64,000 nt of DNA from an uncultured Alphaproteobacteria bacterium (lineage in GTDB: Bacteria; Pseudomonadota; Alphaproteobacteria; HIMB59; GCA-002718135), in NCBI GenBank assembly GCA_902602695.1, contig CACKRO010000001.1:30672-94671 (forward strand), given 5' to 3'. This document shows positions 9,704 to 18,110 of this stretch, one piece after another. The notes under the pieces were generated by a model. It had not been told where the DNA came from. It saw nothing but the letters and a program-made list of their open reading frames with translations, and searched no databases. Both the position numbers and the translations under genes were made by a program. Numbering within the stretch: the stretch's first letter is position 1; each line of letters opens with the position of its first letter.

Positions 9704-10707
9704 TAAACAAATTTTTTAAGATCAACCATAGTATCTATCATTCTATTAGAAAATCCCCATTCATTATCATACCACGCTAAAACTCTACAGAATTTGTCCT
9801 TTACAACTTGAGTTTGGCTCATATCAAATACAGAACTACTTGAGTTATGATTAAAATCAATTGAAACTAAAGGCAATGAGTTTGTTGTAAGAATTCCATT
9901 TAATTTTTTAGTTGTTGAAGCTTGATGAACTAGAGAGTTAATTTTTTCTGGATTTGTTTTTTTCTTACTTACAAATGTAAGATCTATAAGAGAAACATTA
10001 GGAGTAGGTACTCGAATAGCTGTTCCATCTAGTTTACCTTTTAGTTTAGGTAACACTAGACTCAACGCCTTTGCAGCTCCTGTAGAAGTAGGAATCATTG
10101 ACTCAGCTGCAGCTCTTGCTCTTCTTAAATCTGAATGAGCTTGATCAACTGTTTTTTGATCTCCAGTATAACTATGAATTGTTGTCATGAAACCGCTTTC
10201 TATTCCTAATTTTTCATCAAGAACCATTGCTAAAGGTGCAAGACAATTAGTTGTACAAGATCCATTAGAAATTACATTATGCTTTTTTGAAATAGTATTG
10301 TTGTTTACTCCTTGAACTATTGTTGCATCTACATTTGATGCTGGCGCAGAAATAATAACTTTCTTAGCTCCTGCATTTAAATGAGAAATTGCTTTTTCTT
10401 TAGAAGTAAATACACCACTACATTCAAGAACAACATCTACCTTCAGATTTTTCCAAGGAAGATTATTTGGATCTCTCTCAGAATAAAAATTTATTTTGTG
10501 TTTGCCAATTTTTAATCCATTTTTAATTGAACTAATCTCATCTTTAAGAATACCATGAACACTATCAAATTTAAGTAAATGTGCACTGCTCTCAAGACTT
10601 CCTAATTCATTAATAGCAACAATATTAATATCTTTAGGATCTTTTTCTAATAAAGCTCTAAAAACAAGTTTTCCAATTCTCCCAAATCCATTTATTGCAA
10701 CTTTCAT
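9703..10707 (-). CDS. gap: type I glyceraldehyde-3-phosphate dehydrogenase
   Basis: INGFGRIG, SCTTNC, PTSTGAAK, WYDNEWGFS. Confidence 0.95.
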   Translation of the reverse strand: MKVAINGFGRIGKLVFRALLEKDPKDINIVAINELGSLESSAHLLKFDSVHGILKDEISSIKNGLKIGKHKINFYSERDPNNLPWKNLKVDVVLECSGVFTSKEKAISHLNAGAKKVIISAPASNVDATIVQGVNNNTISKKHNVISNGSCTTNCLAPLAMVLDEKLGIESGFMTTIHSYTGDQKTVDQAHSDLRRARAAAESMIPTSTGAAKALSLVLPKLKGKLDGTAIRVPTPNVSLIDLTFVSKKKTNPEKINSLVHQASTTKKLNGILTTNSLPLVSIDFNHNSSSSVFDMSQTQVVKDKFCRVLAWYDNEWGFSNRMIDTMVDLKKFV

Positions 10708-10718
10708 ATTTCTCCTTT

Positions 10719-12695
10719 TTATAAAGTTTTAATTATTTTTTCAATTAAGTAATCGTCTGTTATTTTAAAGTGCTTATATAAATCTTTGTAAGGACCGCTT
10801 TCACCAAAACTAGACATACCTACAAAATTTTCATCTTTAATATATTTTTCCCAACCATTTATAACGCCAGCCTCAATACCAAAAATAGGTTTATTGCCTA
10901 AAATTTCTTTTTTATAGTCATCATCATTTTTCTCAAACAATTCAAATGAAGGCATGCTTACAACTCTTACCTTTAAATTATTATTTTCAAAAAGTTTATT
11001 TGATACTGAGTAGGCAATCTCAACCTCAGAACCAGATGATAAAATTGTTGCATCATATTCTTTGAATTCTTTGATTTTGTAAGCACCTTTATTAACAAGA
11101 TTTTCTTTTCTATTATCCATTTGTAGCATTGGTAAATTTTGTCTTGTTAAAACTAAGATTGAAGGCCCGGTGTTATTTAAAGCACATTCCCATGCTTCTA
11201 TGGTTTCAATGATATCACATGGTCTTATGACAGTTAAATTAGGTATTGCTCTTAATGATGCAAGATGTTCAACAGGTTGATGTGTTGGCCCGTCTTCTCC
11301 CAATCCTATTGAATCATGTGTCATCACATAAATAACTGGTATATTCATTATAGCTGATAATCTAATTGAAGGTCTGCAATAATCGGTGAATACTAAAAAA
11401 GTTCCTCCATATGGAATTAAACCTTTATGCAAAGCTATACCATTCATTACTCCAGCCATTCCGTGTTCTCTGATGCCATAATGAATATAATTCCCATTGA
11501 AATTATCAGATTTAATTATATTCATATCTTTAGCTTTAGTGTTATTTGATCCAGTAAGATCAGCAGATCCACCAATAAGATTTTTTTGATATTTTGAAAT
11601 TAAGTTTAAAGTTAGTTCACTAGATTTTCTTGATGCACAATTTGTTTTATCATTAAGATGTTCAAATTTTAATTCTTTAAGTTTTTCTGAAAGTTTTGAA
11701 TCAATTTTTTGATAATAACTATCTTTAAAAATTTCACTTTCAATTAACTTTTTATTTTTTGATAACCATGAATTTCTTGATCCATCATTTCTTTTGTAGA
11801 AATTTCTCCACTCATGTAATAAATCATCTGGAATTTCGAATGGTGAATAATTCCATTCTAATTTTTTTCTCGTTAAACTAATTTCCTCTTCACCAAGAGG
11901 CGAACCGTGCGATGAAGCAGAGCCCTCTTTGTTTGGAGAGCCAAAACCAATTTTAGTTTTACAAGAAATAATTGTTGGAGCATTACTTTCTTTTGCTTGA
12001 ATTATAGCTTGATCAATTTCTTCATAGTTATGACCATCTATTTCTATTATATTCCAATTATAAGCTTCAAATCTTTTATTCACATTGTCTGAAACTGAAA
12101 GTTCAGTTGAGCCATCTATAGAAATAGAATTATTATCAAAAAACATAATAAGCTTATTTAATTTTAAATGTCCTGCTAAACTACATGCTTCATGGCTTAA
12201 ACCTTCCATTAGGCATCCATCTCCTGCAAAAACATAGGTGTGATGATCAATTAATTCTTTTCCATAATTATTTGATAGTTTTTTTTCTGCTAACGCCATT
12301 CCAACTGCGTTTGCTAAACCTTGAGATAAAGGACCGGTAGTTGTTTCTATTCCTTCAGCACTTCCGTATTCTGGGTGACCTGCAGTTTTATTATGTAATT
12401 GTCTAAAATTTTTAATTTGATTTATGTCGATGTCTTTATAACCTGTTAGATATAAACAAGAATATAAAAGCATAGAGCCGTGTCCATTTGAGATAATTAA
12501 TCTGTCTCTATCAATCCAATTTGGGTCATTTGGATCAAACTTTAAATGATTTTTATAAAGAACTGTTGCGATATCAGCCATACCCATAGGCATACCAGGA
12601 TGACCAGACTTTGCTTTTTCAACTGCATCCATTGATAAAAATCTAATACAATTTGATAATTGCCTTAGATTTTTGATATTATTTAAATTATTCAA
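10719..12695 (-). CDS. tkt: transketolase
   Basis: SGHPGMPMG, GDGCLMEG, THDSIGLGEDGPTHQP; TTG start. Confidence 0.95.
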   Translation of the reverse strand: MNNLNNIKNLRQLSNCIRFLSMDAVEKAKSGHPGMPMGMADIATVLYKNHLKFDPNDPNWIDRDRLIISNGHGSMLLYSCLYLTGYKDIDINQIKNFRQLHNKTAGHPEYGSAEGIETTTGPLSQGLANAVGMALAEKKLSNNYGKELIDHHTYVFAGDGCLMEGLSHEACSLAGHLKLNKLIMFFDNNSISIDGSTELSVSDNVNKRFEAYNWNIIEIDGHNYEEIDQAIIQAKESNAPTIISCKTKIGFGSPNKEGSASSHGSPLGEEEISLTRKKLEWNYSPFEIPDDLLHEWRNFYKRNDGSRNSWLSKNKKLIESEIFKDSYYQKIDSKLSEKLKELKFEHLNDKTNCASRKSSELTLNLISKYQKNLIGGSADLTGSNNTKAKDMNIIKSDNFNGNYIHYGIREHGMAGVMNGIALHKGLIPYGGTFLVFTDYCRPSIRLSAIMNIPVIYVMTHDSIGLGEDGPTHQPVEHLASLRAIPNLTVIRPCDIIETIEAWECALNNTGPSILVLTRQNLPMLQMDNRKENLVNKGAYKIKEFKEYDATILSSGSEVEIAYSVSNKLFENNNLKVRVVSMPSFELFEKNDDDYKKEILGNKPIFGIEAGVINGWEKYIKDENFVGMSSFGESGPYKDLYKHFKITDDYLIEKIIKTL

Positions 12696-12750
12696 ATACT
12701 TACCTTTATGATTAATGTAAAATTATTTAATATGGGTTCATTACCGTGAC

Positions 12751-12778
12751 AACTATAAAATTACAAACTATAAAATTA
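12751..12778. repeat. 13-bp direct repeat AACTATAAAATTA x2 (12751-12763, 12766-12778)
   Basis: Read directly; immediately upstream of ATG 12781 in the divergent tkt/zap intergenic region. Confidence 0.7.
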
Positions 12779-12780
12779 TA

Positions 12781-12969
12781 ATGGAAATACAAAAAAAAAT
12801 TACAGTTCTAAGCGAAAACTTAAATAATCTAAGATCATCTTTAGAAGATTTTAGGGATCATCATAATTCCAAGAATCAAAAAATTAAAAATCTTGAAAAT
12901 GAAATTAAAAATTTACGAAAACAAATGTTAGAGTATATTGATGAATTGGAACTTCTAATTAAAAAATAA
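12781..12969 (+). CDS. small coiled-coil protein (ZapB/DUF4164-like position)
   Basis: Heptad-rich 62 aa; divergent from tkt and upstream of zapA. Confidence 0.6.
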   Translation: MEIQKKITVLSENLNNLRSSLEDFRDHHNSKNQKIKNLENEIKNLRKQMLEYIDELELLIKK

Positions 12970-12971
12970 CT

Positions 12972-13391
12972 ATGCCTTTTTATAAGACTAAAATTTTAAA
13001 TAGAGAAATTTCATTAGAATATGAAAAAAAAGATGAAAAAAATATCATAGATTCAATTAATTTAATTAATGAAAAAATTGATAATAAACTACAAAATCCA
13101 AAATATTCTAATGGAAAAATAAGTGATACTATATTGTTATCACTTCTCTCCATTGAGCTTCAAGCAGAGCTTTCAGAAAAATTAAATATACAAAAAAATT
13201 CAGAAATAAATGATACCAAAAATGAAGAATATCTTAAGAATAATTTAGAACTTAAAGATAAAATATTAAAACTACAAAATGAAAAAAAAATTTTAGAAGA
13301 TGAAAAATTAAAATTAGATCAAGAATTTGATGAAATAAATAAAAAAGTAGAAGGTTTAATTGATATGATTAAGAATTCTTACTATGAATAA
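12972..13391 (+). CDS. zapA: cell division protein ZapA-like
   Basis: N-terminal ILNREISL beta segment, LLSLLSIEL, C-terminal coiled coil; conserved position before ygfA. Confidence 0.65.
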   Translation: MPFYKTKILNREISLEYEKKDEKNIIDSINLINEKIDNKLQNPKYSNGKISDTILLSLLSIELQAELSEKLNIQKNSEINDTKNEEYLKNNLELKDKILKLQNEKKILEDEKLKLDQEFDEINKKVEGLIDMIKNSYYE

Positions 13392-13965
13392 TATTAAAGA
13401 TGAAAAATTAATTATCAGAAAAAAACAAAAAATTATCAGAGATATGATTTTTAATAATAAGCCATCTCATTTTACTTTATCTTTGTTCAATAAACTTTTT
13501 GAAAAAATTAACTTTAAAGAAATTAATACAGTATCTAGTTTTATTTCTATAAACTCTGAAATAAATACAAAAGAGCTTAATAATCTTATCTTTATTAAAA
13601 ATAAAATTTTATGTCTTCCAGTAATTGAAAAAAAAAATAGTCATTTAATCTTTAAGCAATTTAAGAATGAAGAGAATTTCGTAAAAGGGTATATGAATAT
13701 ATCAGAACCTCAAAATAAAAATAAAATTTTAAATCCAGAACTAATTTTTGTACCTTGTTTAGCTTTTGATCATAAGGGAAATAGATTAGGTTATGGGGGA
13801 GGATATTATGACAGGACTTTTGCTTATTTAAATAAAATTAATCATAGTTTCATATCAGTAGCATATGCATATGAAGAACAAAAGCTAGAATACATACCTG
13901 TAGACAAATTTGATTTTAAAGTGGATTATGTTATTACTGAAAAAAATTTATATAGTTTTAAATGA
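13384..13965 (+). CDS. ygfA: 5-formyltetrahydrofolate cyclo-ligase
   Basis: VPCLAFD..GNRLGYGGGYYDRT. Confidence 0.92.
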   Translation: MNNIKDEKLIIRKKQKIIRDMIFNNKPSHFTLSLFNKLFEKINFKEINTVSSFISINSEINTKELNNLIFIKNKILCLPVIEKKNSHLIFKQFKNEENFVKGYMNISEPQNKNKILNPELIFVPCLAFDHKGNRLGYGGGYYDRTFAYLNKINHSFISVAYAYEEQKLEYIPVDKFDFKVDYVITEKNLYSFK

Positions 13966-14753
13966 AAATTCTTTTTATAGGTGATATTGTTGGCAAGGCT
14001 TCACGAAAAAAAATTAAAGAAATTATCCCAACTCTTAAATCTAAATATAATACAGACTTAATTATTGCGAATGGTGAAAATGCTACTTCTGGATATGGAC
14101 TTTCAAAAAAGGATGCAGAAGAATTATTTTCTAGCGGATTGGATCTACTTACACTTGGAAATCATGCATGGGATCAAAGAGATATGTTATCTTATATTGA
14201 AGAAAATCCAAAAATAATAAGAGCGTTGAATTACCCTGAAGGTGTTCCTGGAAAAGGTTTTTATAAGATTGAACTTTTAAATGGAAAAAAAATTATCGTA
14301 GTACAAGTAATGCTTAGATTATTTATGAATATGTCATTAGATGATCCTTTTAAAAGTATAATTGAATTTCTTCAAAAAGAAAAGTTAGGTGGTACTTGTG
14401 ATGGAATAATAATTGATATGCATGGTGAAGCAACCTCTGAAAAAAAAGCTTTTGGATATTACGTTGATGGAAAAGTTTCAGCAGTTTTAGGTACACATAC
14501 TCATGTACCAACAGGAGACAGCGTTATTTTACCTAGAGGTACAGCCTATCAAACAGATGTTGGAATGTCAGGTGATTATAATTCAATAATTGGTTTCGAT
14601 ATAAATAATCCAATCCACGGATTTGTTAAGGGGTATAGGGCTGAAGGTAGATTTACGCCGGCTACTGAAAACATAACTATATGTGGAGCTTTAATAGACA
14701 TCGATATTAATACTGGTTTAGCTAAAAAAATCACCCCAATTCAAGAGACATAA
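13962..14753 (+). CDS. ymdB: TIGR00282/YmdB family metallophosphoesterase
   Basis: GDIVG, NGEN, GNHAWD, DMHGEATSEK, GTHTHV. Confidence 0.9.
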   Translation: MKILFIGDIVGKASRKKIKEIIPTLKSKYNTDLIIANGENATSGYGLSKKDAEELFSSGLDLLTLGNHAWDQRDMLSYIEENPKIIRALNYPEGVPGKGFYKIELLNGKKIIVVQVMLRLFMNMSLDDPFKSIIEFLQKEKLGGTCDGIIIDMHGEATSEKKAFGYYVDGKVSAVLGTHTHVPTGDSVILPRGTAYQTDVGMSGDYNSIIGFDINNPIHGFVKGYRAEGRFTPATENITICGALIDIDINTGLAKKITPIQET

Positions 14754-14760
14754 TTTACAT

Positions 14761-14784
14761 ATATTAGACACATTTATCTAATAT
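14761..14784. promoter_or_regulatory. inverted repeat ATATTAGA-N8-TCTAATAT upstream of yebC
   Basis: Perfect 8-bp arms read directly; function unknown; AT-rich background. Confidence 0.35.
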
Positions 14785-14832
14785 TTTATATCTTTACTAA
14801 CATCGGATTAAATATTTATAAATCTACTCTTA

Positions 14833-15582
14833 ATGGCAGGTCACTCAAAATTTAAAAATATTATGCATCGTAAAGGTGCGCAAGATAAAAAAAGAGCAAA
14901 AGTTTTCTCAAGACTTGGAAGAGAAATTTCTGTCGCTGTTAAAGTAGGAGGTGAAGATATTGAAAGTAATATCAGATTAAGATCTGCAATTGCTTCAGCC
15001 AAGTCTCTAAATATGCCAAAAGATAATATTGAGAGGGCAATTAAAAAAGGTCAAGGAAATGATCCTGATAGTAATTATGAAGAAGTAAGATATGAAGGTT
15101 ATGGCCCTGAAGGTATTGCAATAATAGTTGAGGCACTTACAAATAATAAAAATAGAACAGCTGCTGAGATTAGGTCCTCTTTTAGTAAACATGGAGGTAA
15201 TTTGGGTGAAACAGGAAGTGTTAGTTTTGGTTTTGATAGATTTGGAAATATTACTCTTGATAAAAGTTTAGTAAAAGAAGATCAGCTTCTAGAATTTCTT
15301 ATAGAAAATAATACAGAAGATTATGAAATTAATGATACAGAATATTCAATATACTGTGATCAAAATGATTTGCATGAACTTAATGATAAAATAATTAAAA
15401 AGTACGGTCAGACTAGCTCTGCAAATTTAATTTGGAAAAGTAAAAATAATATAAATATTGGAAAAGATACAGCAGATAAACTATTTAAATTACTTGAAGT
15501 TTTAGAAGACAATGACGACGTTCAAGTTGTATCATCAAATTTTGAAGTTGAAGATAATGTTCTATCTTCACTCACAGCCTAA
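14833..15582 (+). CDS. yebC: YebC/PmpR family protein
   Basis: MAGHSKFKNI, YEGYGP, LEDNDDVQ. Confidence 0.95.
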   Translation: MAGHSKFKNIMHRKGAQDKKRAKVFSRLGREISVAVKVGGEDIESNIRLRSAIASAKSLNMPKDNIERAIKKGQGNDPDSNYEEVRYEGYGPEGIAIIVEALTNNKNRTAAEIRSSFSKHGGNLGETGSVSFGFDRFGNITLDKSLVKEDQLLEFLIENNTEDYEINDTEYSIYCDQNDLHELNDKIIKKYGQTSSANLIWKSKNNINIGKDTADKLFKLLEVLEDNDDVQVVSSNFEVEDNVLSSLTA

Positions 15583-15596
15583 TGAAAGGAACATAA

Positions 15597-15890
15597 ATGC
15601 CGGATAAAGCCTGGAAAAAAAGAGAGAGAGATGTTGCAAGTTATTTCAACGGGACAAGGACACCTTTGAGCGGAGGTAATGGTAAAGTAACAAGAGCTGA
15701 TGTAATTCATGAAGACTTATTTATAGAATGTAAATTAAGAGCAAAGCATACAGCAATTAGTTTATGGGATGATACAGCAAAGCTGGCCAAAGAGGAGGGT
15801 AAGACACCAGTGATAGCATTATGTGAAAAAAATAGACCAGGTTTTTGGGTTATGGTTCATAGTAGTGATCTTGAAAAAATTAAAAAATAA
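15597..15890 (+). CDS. Hjc-like PD-(D/E)XK nuclease, putative Holliday junction resolvase
   Basis: E10-R...R21..S25-G...D35...E44-C-K46 matches the archaeal/phage Hjc catalytic pattern; strong SD (GAAAGGA) upstream; sits at the ruvCAB position. Confidence 0.72.
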   Translation: MPDKAWKKRERDVASYFNGTRTPLSGGNGKVTRADVIHEDLFIECKLRAKHTAISLWDDTAKLAKEEGKTPVIALCEKNRPGFWVMVHSSDLEKIKK

Positions 15891-15895
15891 TTAAT

Positions 15896-16609
15896 ATGGC
15901 AGATATAAATAGTGCTAATTTATCGACAGAAGCTCCAGATTTTTCAATGCTTGCTTTATTTATGCAAGCTGACCTTGTAGTTAAATCTGTAATTATAATT
16001 TTAATCTTAGCCTCTCTTTATTCCTGGAATGTAATAATTTCAAAAATTTTAAGAATTAGACAATTAAAAAAACTTGAAAAAGAATTTGAAGATATTTTTT
16101 GGTCTGGAAATTCTTTTGAAGATTTATATGAAACTTTAAACTTTAATCAGAACGATCCAAAATCAAAATTATTTTGTGCTGCAATTTTAGAGTGGAAAAA
16201 AAGTAAACATCAATATGAAAATGATAATTCAGATATAAATTCTTTAAAGGATAGAATGATGAGATCAATGACAGTTGTGTTTAATAAGGAAAGTGAAAAT
16301 GTTGAGAGAAATTTAACTTTTCTTGCAACTGCTGGATCAACTGCACCGTTTATAGGATTATTTGGAACAGTTTGGGGCATAATGAATAGTTTTAAATCTA
16401 TCGCAATTGCACAAAATACCAATTTAGCAGTAGTTGCACCAGGTATTGCAGAGGCGCTATTTGCAACAGCTTTAGGGCTTTTTGTAGCTATACCAGCTGT
16501 GGTTGCGTACAATAAAATTTCAAACGACCTATCAAAATACTTTATATCCTTAGAAACATTTATGGATGAATTCTCAACAATTTTTTTTAGACAATTAGAG
16601 AAAAAATAA
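15896..16609 (+). CDS. tolQ: TolQ
   Basis: GSTAPFIGLFGTVWGIM, PGIAEAL. Confidence 0.95.
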   Translation: MADINSANLSTEAPDFSMLALFMQADLVVKSVIIILILASLYSWNVIISKILRIRQLKKLEKEFEDIFWSGNSFEDLYETLNFNQNDPKSKLFCAAILEWKKSKHQYENDNSDINSLKDRMMRSMTVVFNKESENVERNLTFLATAGSTAPFIGLFGTVWGIMNSFKSIAIAQNTNLAVVAPGIAEALFATALGLFVAIPAVVAYNKISNDLSKYFISLETFMDEFSTIFFRQLEKK

Positions 16610-16610
16610 A

Positions 16611-17039
16611 TTGATTACTTCAAATAATTTAAACAAACGTAAGAAGCGTAGGTACACTCAAATGAGTGAAATTAATGTTACACCTTTTGTAGATGTTATG
16701 CTTGTTTTACTAATTGTTTTTATGGTTACTGCACCTCTTCTAACAGTTGGAATAAAAGTCGATTTGCCAAAGGTTAAAGCTACTGCATTAACAGATATAA
16801 AAGATCCAATTGAGATAACCGTTAAGTTAGACGGAGAAGTCTACATTGGAGAATCAAAGGTTGAAGTAGAAAATTTGATTCCCCGACTAAACGCTATTAC
16901 TGAACAAAACACTGAAGCAAGGATCTATATAAGAGGTGATAGAGTAGTAGCTTATGGGAGGATTATGGAAATAATGTCTATAATAAATTCTGCAGGATAT
17001 ATTAAAGTTGCTTTAATTACTCAAAATCTTGAGCAATAG
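16611..17039 (+). CDS. tolR: TolR
   Basis: SEINVTPFVDVMLVLLIVFMVTAP. Confidence 0.93.
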   Translation: MITSNNLNKRKKRRYTQMSEINVTPFVDVMLVLLIVFMVTAPLLTVGIKVDLPKVKATALTDIKDPIEITVKLDGEVYIGESKVEVENLIPRLNAITEQNTEARIYIRGDRVVAYGRIMEIMSIINSAGYIKVALITQNLEQ

Positions 17040-18110
17040 ATGGACCGTATAAGCTATAATAGTTTAAAAATAATAAATTTTTTTGAAAACTTAAATCCTA
17101 AAATATCTGGAGTTATTTTTTCAACACTAATACATTTAATTATCCTTTTATTTTTGGTTGGCTTGCCAAATTTTTTTTCTCCAAAAGAAATCTATGTTCC
17201 AAATTTAATACCTATAGAAATACTTAATATTGATGAAAATACCAATTTGAAAAAATCTAATACTGAAAAACCAGAAAATAAAAATAAGGAAACAATTACT
17301 AAGCAAAAAAAATTTAATTCATCAGATCAATTAGAAGTAAAAAAAAACGTTGAAATAAATAAAACTGAAATTGAAGAAAAAACTAATCCTCATCAACCAA
17401 TTTTGGAAATGAAACAATCTCCAAATTTAGAAGTTAAGGAAACAAAAAAAATAGTTATCAAAGAAAAGGAAAGTTTAGAGGTTAAAAAAAAAGTAGAGAC
17501 AATTAAAACTCAAATAATTAAACCAAAACTCAAGCCAAAGCCAAAAATTATAAATAATGAAAATATTAAATCAGATTTAGATGTTGAAACAAACATAAAG
17601 GATAAACCAAAGTTAGAAACTGATAAGACCATATCTAAACCAAAGCCAAAACCCGAAAAAGATTTTAGTATAGCATCAATGCTCAAAGATTTAAGAAATG
17701 AAAAAACAAATATGGTTCAAAATGAAGTTAAAGAAGAAATCGAAGAAGTTGATAACAAAAGTACAGATGACACTGATGATAATGTTATGCTATCAATATC
17801 TGAAATAGATATGTTAAGGCAGCAATTATCTTCTTGTTGGAATGCTCCGGCAGGAGCAGTGATAGAAAGAGGAATGCAGGTAACGATTTCAGCTAAAGTA
17901 TTACAAAATATGAAGGTTTCATCAAATAGTGTTCGTATTGTTGACACAAATATAGCTAAAACTAACCCATTTTATGGACCAATTACAGATAGTGCTATGA
18001 GAACTCTCTTAAACCCAGAATGCACACCATTAAAACTTCCAAAAGATAAATATAATCTATGGAAAAATCTTACAATTACTTTTGATTATAGTATTATGAA
18101 AGGATATTGA
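17040..18110 (+). CDS. tolA: TolA-like cell envelope protein
   Basis: N-terminal TM, K/E/P-rich linker, C-terminal CWNAP...C domain; synteny. Confidence 0.8.
   Translation: MDRISYNSLKIINFFENLNPKISGVIFSTLIHLIILLFLVGLPNFFSPKEIYVPNLIPIEILNIDENTNLKKSNTEKPENKNKETITKQKKFNSSDQLEVKKNVEINKTEIEEKTNPHQPILEMKQSPNLEVKETKKIVIKEKESLEVKKKVETIKTQIIKPKLKPKPKIINNENIKSDLDVETNIKDKPKLETDKTISKPKPKPEKDFSIASMLKDLRNEKTNMVQNEVKEEIEEVDNKSTDDTDDNVMLSISEIDMLRQQLSSCWNAPAGAVIERGMQVTISAKVLQNMKVSSNSVRIVDTNIAKTNPFYGPITDSAMRTLLNPECTPLKLPKDKYNLWKNLTITFDYSIMKGY

Noticed and set aside
9703-10707. Epd (erythrose-4-phosphate dehydrogenase) instead of GAPDH, suggested by the INEL motif
   Set aside because: HSYTGDQ, PTSTGAA and WYDNE are GAPDH-type, not Epd-type.
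15583-15895. Prophage or mobile element carrying the nuclease gene
   Set aside because: Flanks are only 14 and 5 nt, with no repeats, integrase or other phage genes; the short AG run near 15621-15631 simply encodes RERD.
17220-17780. Repeat-like K/E/P-rich DNA in tolA
   Set aside because: Normal low-complexity TolA linker, not a DNA repeat array.
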